Shown: piece by piece, positions 58,030 through 64,000 of the stretch | Layout of the letters: each line of letters opens with the position of its first letter | Numbering within the stretch: the stretch's first letter is position 1 | Source of the DNA: Flavobacteriales bacterium | Lineage (GTDB): Bacteria > Bacteroidota > Bacteroidia > Flavobacteriales > BACL11 | Assembly: GCA_018647945.1 (NCBI GenBank) | Contig: JABGSE010000024.1 | Span: 18,016 to 82,015 of the forward strand | Direction: 5' to 3' | Length of the DNA stretch: 64,000 nucleotides | The notes under the pieces: generated by a model | Told to the model about the DNA's origin: nothing | The model's database searches: none | The model's input: the letters and a program-made list of their open reading frames with translations, nothing else | Made by a program: the position numbers and the translations under genes

Positions 58030-58401
58030 TTATAAATTTTCTAATGTTCTTATTTCTGCATCTCCCCATAAATCTTCCAAATTGTAAAACTCTCTGATTT
58101 GATTCTGAAAAACATGAACTACAATATCGGAGTAATCCATTAGTACCCATTCTGAAGTGTCTTTACCTTCTGTACTCCAAGGTTTTTCTTTTATTTCTTT
58201 AGATACAAACTTTCTTATATTTTCCGAAATAGAGGAGACATGGGTACTGGATGTACCGCTACAAATTACAAAATATTTACAAACTGCAGTTTCAATTTTA
58301 GTTAAATCTAAGGTACTAATATCCTTTCCTTTTACTTCCTGAATTCCATTAATTATCGTTTCTAAAAGAATATCTGATGCATCTAATTTTCGTTTGGTCA
58401 T
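58030..58401 (-). CDS. rsfS: ribosome silencing factor RsfS
   Basis: 123 aa. FVICSGTSSTHV, WVLMDYSDIVVHVF and YNLEDLW motifs. Confidence 0.85.
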   Translation of the reverse strand: MTKRKLDASDILLETIINGIQEVKGKDISTLDLTKIETAVCKYFVICSGTSSTHVSSISENIRKFVSKEIKEKPWSTEGKDTSEWVLMDYSDIVVHVFQNQIREFYNLEDLWGDAEIRTLENL

Positions 58402-58462
58402 ATATTTTTTTTAATTTGCGATTGCAAAAATAAGAATTTGTTCGGTTATTTGCTGCTAAATT

Positions 58463-59203
58463 ATGAAAGTTGAGTTTAGAAAAAATATTATTCATTTTAA
58501 AGAGATAGAGTCCACTAATTCTGTAGCTTTGGCATGCATTAAAGATAAATCTGTACAGGAGCATGTTGTTATTATAACAGATTTTCAGAAAAATGGAGCA
58601 GGACAAAGAGAAAAAAGTTGGGAATCAGAAAGAGGAATGAACTTGCTAATGTCTGTTATTTTAACTCCTAATATTGTTTTGAAAGAGCAGTTTCAATTAG
58701 TAATTTTTACTTCCTTGGTAATTTGTGATTTATTAAATGAAATTCAGTTAAAAGATGTGAAAATAAAATGGCCAAATGATATTTTAATAAGAGATAAGAA
58801 AGTTGCTGGAATATTAATTCAGAATAAGGTAAAATCAGATAAAATTTCTCATTCTGTAATTGGAGTTGGATTGAATGTAAATCAGATGGTTTTTAAAGAA
58901 TATTCACCAAAAGCAACTTCAATATTTTCTGAGCTTTCAAAAGAAATAAATTTAAATAAAATAAGAGATAAATTACTTTATTTTATGGAGAAAAGGTATG
59001 ATGAAATTAAGAACGGTAAAAATTTGATGAAAGAATACCAAAAGAATTTATACTTAAAAGGTCAGAAATCCTACTTTCTAATAGATGGTAAGAAAGTTGT
59101 TGGAATAATAAAATCAGTAACTTCTTCTGGAAAATTAATCGTAGAAATTGATGAAAGGGGAGAAAAAGAATTTTTTTTAAATGAAATAAAATTTTTATTT
59201 TAA
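58463..59203 (+). CDS. birA: biotin--[acetyl-CoA-carboxylase] ligase (no HTH domain)
   Basis: STNS, the QKNGAGQREKSWES biotin-binding loop, KWPNDIL and KVAGILIQN. Confidence 0.8.
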   Translation: MKVEFRKNIIHFKEIESTNSVALACIKDKSVQEHVVIITDFQKNGAGQREKSWESERGMNLLMSVILTPNIVLKEQFQLVIFTSLVICDLLNEIQLKDVKIKWPNDILIRDKKVAGILIQNKVKSDKISHSVIGVGLNVNQMVFKEYSPKATSIFSELSKEINLNKIRDKLLYFMEKRYDEIKNGKNLMKEYQKNLYLKGQKSYFLIDGKKVVGIIKSVTSSGKLIVEIDERGEKEFFLNEIKFLF

Positions 59204-59592
59204 AGTGATCTCATTTTATCGGAAAGTACCGACAAAAAATTATTGATTGTCTTTTCAACCATCATTTTCATCATCATATTTAGTTCGGCATTTACTTCTA
59301 ATCTGGCTTGGCACTTTTCTCCACAATCTGTAATAATACAATCTAACGAAAAAGAAACAGGACTTCCAGATGCGGATAAACAAATTTTAGAAAAAGGAGT
59401 TTTTTCAGATAATTCTAGATTAAGTTCTGGCATTCCTTTCATTTTGAAACTACATGTAGTTTCATCCGATTGAAAATTTTCAATTGAAGAAGGCATAATT
59501 TCCTTCAAATTATTTAAATCACTTAGTTTATTAAAAAGCTGTTTTGCAGATAAATTTTCTACAACTATTTCTGGTCCTGTAAATGTTGCCAT
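59200..59592 (-). CDS. SRPBCC-fold (START/polyketide-cyclase-like) small protein
   Basis: 130 aa with an alternating beta pattern and a terminal helix. It sits downstream of pyrE. The call is made by eye only. Confidence 0.45.
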   Translation of the reverse strand: MATFTGPEIVVENLSAKQLFNKLSDLNNLKEIMPSSIENFQSDETTCSFKMKGMPELNLELSEKTPFSKICLSASGSPVSFSLDCIITDCGEKCQARLEVNAELNMMMKMMVEKTINNFLSVLSDKMRSL

Positions 59593-59596
59593 AATT

Positions 59597-60238
59597 TTAT
59601 TTTTTCCAAGTTGAAGGATCTTCTCTCCATTCTTTTAGTAATGGAAGTTCAGACTCAGTTATATAATTTGTGATGAGTGCTTGAGCTAACATATTGTCGT
59701 AATCTGAAAGACAAACAAATTCGCAATCTGCATTTCGGAAGTTTTCAGTTGCTGCATCAAAACCATATGTAAAGATGGAAACCAATCCTTTTACATTCAT
59801 TCCTGCTTCTTTTAAGGCTGCAACTGCTTCCAAACTACTTTTTCCACTGCTTATCAAATCTTCTACCAAAACAACTGTTTGTCCCTCTTCAAAATATCCT
59901 TCAATTAAGTTCTGCTTTCCGTGCTCTTTCGCTTTTGCACGAACATAAATAAAAGGAAGACCTAATTCTTCAGCAACTAATGCTCCGTGAGGAATACCAG
60001 CTGTTGCTACTCCAGCAATTACATTTGCCCCTTTATAATGGTTATTAATGGCAGATGACAAACTTGTTCTGATAAAGTTTCTTATTTCTGGATAAGAAAG
60101 AGTTTTTCGATTATCACAGTAAATTGGAGAGTTCCATCCGGCTGCCCATTTAAAAGGATTGTTTGGTTGTAAAATAATTGCGTTTATTTGCAATAAGGAT
60201 TTGGCAAGTTGTTTTGCAATTTCAATATCGTATATCAT
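59597..60238 (-). CDS. pyrE: orotate phosphoribosyltransferase
   Basis: PRPP-binding motif VVLVEDLISSGKS, FKWAAGWNSPIYCDNR and YVRAKAKEHG. Confidence 0.9.
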   Translation of the reverse strand: MIYDIEIAKQLAKSLLQINAIILQPNNPFKWAAGWNSPIYCDNRKTLSYPEIRNFIRTSLSSAINNHYKGANVIAGVATAGIPHGALVAEELGLPFIYVRAKAKEHGKQNLIEGYFEEGQTVVLVEDLISSGKSSLEAVAALKEAGMNVKGLVSIFTYGFDAATENFRNADCEFVCLSDYDNMLAQALITNYITESELPLLKEWREDPSTWKK

Positions 60239-60710
60239 GACGCAAAAATATAAAGTTTATATCAATAATAAAGCAAAAATTGTAACAGAAAATTGGAAAG
60301 ATTTTTCTGATAATTATAAGGTGATTGAAGCCGCTGGAGGATTGGTTTTTAATCAGAAAAATGAGATATTAATGATTTTCAGAAATGGGAAATGGGATTT
60401 GCCTAAAGGAAAATTAGAAGTCGGAGAGTCCATTGAAAGTTGTGCAAAAAGAGAAGTAGAAGAAGAATGTGGAGTGTCCGACTTAAAGATTATTAAAAAG
60501 TTGAAAGACACATATCATACTTACGAAATAAATGGAGAAAAAATTCTAAAAAAAATTTTTTGGTACAAAATGAACTCTAATTCTGATGGAGAATTGATTC
60601 CTCAAACAATTGAAGGAATTACCAAAGTATGTTGGGTGAAAGGGGATGAAATCTCAGAGAAAATGAAAAATTCTTTTGAGAATATAAAAGATGTTTTAGA
60701 TTATGAATAA
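60237..60710 (+). CDS. NUDIX hydrolase
   Basis: Nudix box GKWDLPKGKLEVGESIESCAKREVEEECG. The ORF-track TTG start at 60159 was trimmed to the ATG at 60237. Confidence 0.8.
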   Translation: MTQKYKVYINNKAKIVTENWKDFSDNYKVIEAAGGLVFNQKNEILMIFRNGKWDLPKGKLEVGESIESCAKREVEEECGVSDLKIIKKLKDTYHTYEINGEKILKKIFWYKMNSNSDGELIPQTIEGITKVCWVKGDEISEKMKNSFENIKDVLDYE

Positions 60711-62565
60711 TCTAAAATTTATCATAAGATACATTTTGTTTTGGATCTTTTTCTTTTTGATAGGAAGAGTTGTATTTGTCTTGTTTTTCTCAAGAGAAGT
60801 TTTTGAATCTTCATTTTTTGAGATACTTAAAATCATTCCAAAAAGTTTTTCCTTAGACATTTCCTTTATTAGTTATCTGCTTGTAATTATTGTTTTGTTT
60901 ATGTGGGTTTTTTCTTTTTTTAAGAAAGGAAAAAAACTTCTGTCGAAACTTATTTTTGGAATAACCTCAATGTTTCTTATTTTTTCGGCTTTGGTAAATG
61001 GAGGTGAAGTTTCATTGTATTCTGAATGGCAAACAAAATTAAATTATACTGCTCTTTCTCATTTTTCAAACCCAAAAGAAGTTTTTTCTACAGCAAGTTT
61101 TTCTCACATTTTTACAATGGTATTATTTATATTTGTCTCTGTTGTTTTTATCAGAATATACAAAAGGAAAGTTCATCTTTTTTTTCCTTTAGATTCATCA
61201 AAAATAAGTTGGAAATCGTCATTTTTAAAAATCATTTTTCTGCCATTTATTTTGGGAGTTTTATTGTTTGGAATTAGAGGAGGATTCCAACCAATTCCTA
61301 TGAATTTGAGTAATGCATATTTTTCTAATAATTTGATTTTAAATGATATTGCTGTAAATCCAAATTGGAATATTCTTCAAAGTATTTTTAAAAGTAAAAC
61401 AAACTTTAATGGTAATCCCTACAAAAAATATTCTGATAAAGAATGTGAAAAATTTATTTCCGAATTTTATAAAGTAGAAAAGGACACAACAATTTCTGTT
61501 TTGAATGTAAAACATCCAAATATTGTTTTTATTTTATTGGAAAGTTGGTCGGCTGATAATGTGGAAAGCTTGGGAGGATTAAAAGGGATTACTCCCAATT
61601 TTAAAGGATTAGAGAATGGTGGATTGTTGTTTACTGATTTCTATTCTAACGGTTGGACTTCCGATCAAGGTATGTCGTCCATATTTTCTTCTTTTCCTGT
61701 TTTTCCGTATGTTGCAATTATCAATCAAGCTGATAAATCAAGAAGGTTACCTGCATTAAGTAAATCTTTAAAGAATTATAATTCTTCATATTTTTTTGGA
61801 GGTCAACTCACTTACGGAAATATAAAAGCATATCTACTTTCACAAGGATTTGACTTGGTTAAAGATGAGGACAATTACTCTCATTTGCCTTCTGGTAGAT
61901 TGGGAGTTCATGATGAGTTTATGTTTTCTCAATTTAAAGAGGAACTCTCTGTATTGAAAGAGCCATTTATGAGTACTTTGTTTACCATTAGCTCTCATTC
62001 TCCTTACGACTTTCCTGCAGAACACAAATTATTTTTCAATTCTAAAGAAGATAAATATGTGAATTCGGTTGCTTATACTGATAAATGTTTGGGTGATTTC
62101 ATGGAGAGTGTTAAAACAGAAGATTGGTATGAAAATACATTATTTGTAATTGTTGCTGATCATAGTCATAATTCTCCAAAAGGGTGGAAGGTAGCGGAAA
62201 AAGAAAGATTTAAAATTCCAATGTTGTGGTTTGGAAAAGTATTGGAAGAAGAATATAAAGGTAAAACTCATGATAAAATGGGTTCTCATATTGATATAAC
62301 TCCCACAATACTTTCTCAATTAGAAATTAATAATGATGACTATAGTTTTGGTAGAAATTTATTTAATCCCACTTTAGAAGTTGTGGTGCCTTTTGCTTTT
62401 TGCAGAGGATTCGGATTGATAACTGAAGATGGTTATTATGCATTTTCTGAGAGTTATAATAAGGTTTTTGAAATTCATGCAGAAAATCCTGAAAAGGAAA
62501 AAGAAATTAAAAGAAAAGCGGAGTTGTTTTTTCAGTCCGCTTTTAAAAAGTATATGGATTTATAA
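60703..62565 (+). CDS. LTA synthase / phosphoglycerol-transferase family sulfatase-fold membrane protein
   Basis: Five N-terminal TM helices, then an alkaline-phosphatase-superfamily domain (FILLESWSAD, FTISSHSPYD, IVADHSH). Confidence 0.8.
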   Translation: MNNLKFIIRYILFWIFFFLIGRVVFVLFFSREVFESSFFEILKIIPKSFSLDISFISYLLVIIVLFMWVFSFFKKGKKLLSKLIFGITSMFLIFSALVNGGEVSLYSEWQTKLNYTALSHFSNPKEVFSTASFSHIFTMVLFIFVSVVFIRIYKRKVHLFFPLDSSKISWKSSFLKIIFLPFILGVLLFGIRGGFQPIPMNLSNAYFSNNLILNDIAVNPNWNILQSIFKSKTNFNGNPYKKYSDKECEKFISEFYKVEKDTTISVLNVKHPNIVFILLESWSADNVESLGGLKGITPNFKGLENGGLLFTDFYSNGWTSDQGMSSIFSSFPVFPYVAIINQADKSRRLPALSKSLKNYNSSYFFGGQLTYGNIKAYLLSQGFDLVKDEDNYSHLPSGRLGVHDEFMFSQFKEELSVLKEPFMSTLFTISSHSPYDFPAEHKLFFNSKEDKYVNSVAYTDKCLGDFMESVKTEDWYENTLFVIVADHSHNSPKGWKVAEKERFKIPMLWFGKVLEEEYKGKTHDKMGSHIDITPTILSQLEINNDDYSFGRNLFNPTLEVVVPFAFCRGFGLITEDGYYAFSESYNKVFEIHAENPEKEKEIKRKAELFFQSAFKKYMDL

Positions 62566-62595
62566 TTTTTTTATAAAGAAATTACTTGATTGTTT

Positions 62596-63906
62596 TTATT
62601 CTTGTAAAATTCCTCCAGTAATTTTCATTAATTCTAAGTAGCTTTCGTTTAAATTATAAGCCGCTTGCAGATATGAAATTCCTGAATTTAGATAGGCAAT
62701 TTCAATATCTCTTAATGTAAAAGAATTAATCACTCCTCTGTTGTTTTTATCATTTGCTAGCAGATAGTTTGTTTCAGCAATGCTAAATGCTTTTTTATTC
62801 AGATTATAGATTGTAATATTGCTGTTATATTTCTGATAATTTATTGAAAGCTGTTGTAGTACCTCTCTTCTTATTTTCTCTAATTCTAGTTCGTTTATTT
62901 TCTCTCTTATCTTATTTACTTGTCTTGTAGTTTTATACTTGCCTCCATCATAAAGTCGTAGACTTACCGTCAAATTTGCATAGTAATTTAATGTTTTTCC
63001 TGTATTATCCCCTTCATAACCAGAATCACCAATATCATAAGTATTTGTATTATAATTTGCTCCTGAATTAAAAGAAACCATTGGACGATACACACTTTTT
63101 GATAGGATAATATTTTGTTTACTAATCTCCATATTTATGTGCTGATTTCGTAAATTAGTATTATCTGAAAGAGTTTTATTTTTTAGGTTTTCAAAATTAT
63201 ATAACTGAGTTCTATTATTTATTTGATCTGTAATATTCCATTTTTTATCTAGTTCTACACCCAAAATTAGATTCAGGTTTTTCACTGAATTATCATAATT
63301 TAATTTTTGTAAAATCAGATTTGAACTATCAGTAAGTAAAGCATTTTCTGTTTGTAGAAGTTCAAATTTACTACTAGTACCAATTTCGTATTTTGTTTTC
63401 TGATAAATCAATCTTTCTCTGGATAAATTTACTACTTTTTGTAAGAGTTCTAATCTTTCTTTCTGAATAATACAATTGTAGTAAGATAGAAGAATTCCTT
63501 GTGTAGTGTTTTCAATAGTTAAAGTTAAATTTCCATTACTTAGTTGTTCTATCTGATTTAGTTTTTCCTTATTTGCTTTTATTCCATACCCATTAAATAA
63601 AGTCCAACTCATATTTGCAGTAGCACTCATACTTTCAGCTTTTAATATCTCCTGAATAAATGATGTAGGATTATTTGATTGATCTGAAACAGATTTTTCA
63701 TTCTTTGCTGAGATATCGATAGTTGGTAAAGCTCCAGCATTTGCTAAATTATTTTTTATTTTACTTATGTCCAGATTTCTCTCTGATAATTGAATATCAA
63801 AGTTTTGTTTTAATCCTATTTTTATCGCATTTTCTAGTGATAAATTTTCTTGTGAAAATAAAATAAAAGGACTAATTAAAAATAATATGATTATGATTTT
63901 TTTCAT
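62596..63906 (-). CDS. tolC: TolC-family outer membrane efflux protein
   Basis: Signal peptide, LSLENAIKIGLKQNFDIQ start, and two OEP repeats with long coiled-coil segments. Confidence 0.85.
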   Translation of the reverse strand: MKKIIIILFLISPFILFSQENLSLENAIKIGLKQNFDIQLSERNLDISKIKNNLANAGALPTIDISAKNEKSVSDQSNNPTSFIQEILKAESMSATANMSWTLFNGYGIKANKEKLNQIEQLSNGNLTLTIENTTQGILLSYYNCIIQKERLELLQKVVNLSRERLIYQKTKYEIGTSSKFELLQTENALLTDSSNLILQKLNYDNSVKNLNLILGVELDKKWNITDQINNRTQLYNFENLKNKTLSDNTNLRNQHINMEISKQNIILSKSVYRPMVSFNSGANYNTNTYDIGDSGYEGDNTGKTLNYYANLTVSLRLYDGGKYKTTRQVNKIREKINELELEKIRREVLQQLSINYQKYNSNITIYNLNKKAFSIAETNYLLANDKNNRGVINSFTLRDIEIAYLNSGISYLQAAYNLNESYLELMKITGGILQE

Positions 63907-64000
63907 TATTCTAATATTTCGTTTGTTCTGTTCTTTAGTTTCGTAAAAGGCTCTACTTCCATCTTTGTTGGAGGATTTTCACCTCCGTTCCATAGCCACC
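63906..64000 (-). CDS. 3' end of an upstream gene (likely an efflux-pump component), 5' part outside the window
   Basis: My minus-strand translation gives ...WLWNGGENPPTKMEVEPFTKLKNRTNEILE-stop. Its TAA shares one base with the tolC ATG (TAATG). The identity is inferred only from coupling to tolC. Confidence 0.3.
   Translation of the reverse strand, partial: WLWNGGENPPTKMEVEPFTKLKNRTNEILE

Noticed and set aside
1-64000. Alternative genetic code or programmed recoding
   Set aside because: All conserved genes read through as single uninterrupted ORFs under the standard bacterial code, with TAA, TAG and TGA all used as stops. I saw no split conserved gene that would need a frameshift or stop read-through.

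Overview
AT-rich (about 30% GC by eye), very densely coding chromosomal segment. Gene content and order are typical of a streamlined Flavobacteriia (Bacteroidota) genome. I support about 65 protein genes and found no rRNA, tRNA, CRISPR array, transposase, integrase or recognisable defence system. Most of the window is core housekeeping in familiar flavobacterial synteny: wbqC-lepB-dapB-DUF5683-parB-parA; gcvT; dnaN; gldG-gldF; phoH-purC; rsmG; nusB-DUF1573-yajC; EEP-rhomboid-rhomboid-mutL; bshC-guaA; lolA-ftsK; argS; psd-cdsA-DUF2007-ftsH-rsfS; birA; pyrE; tolC. The one clearly accessory locus is 40.1-45.4 kb. It holds three co-directional secreted modular surface proteins (GEVED-like, PKD-like and PKD domains), only the last of which has a T9SS type B sorting domain. 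It is flanked by the two largest non-coding gaps in the window. The second notable oddity is a secreted, extremely Cys/Lys/Ser-rich repeat protein at 54126-54569. Genome compaction is also striking: six of seven convergent gene pairs abut or overlap at their stop codons, and one divergent pair shares a CATG start. I cannot demonstrate a discrete novel system from sequence alone. My best candidates are the split adhesin cluster, with its shared P-I-N-H-x C-termini, and the Cys-rich repeat protein. Functional calls rest on motif recognition from the translated ORFs, not on database searches. Several ORF-track starts were trimmed to the first plausible ATG.
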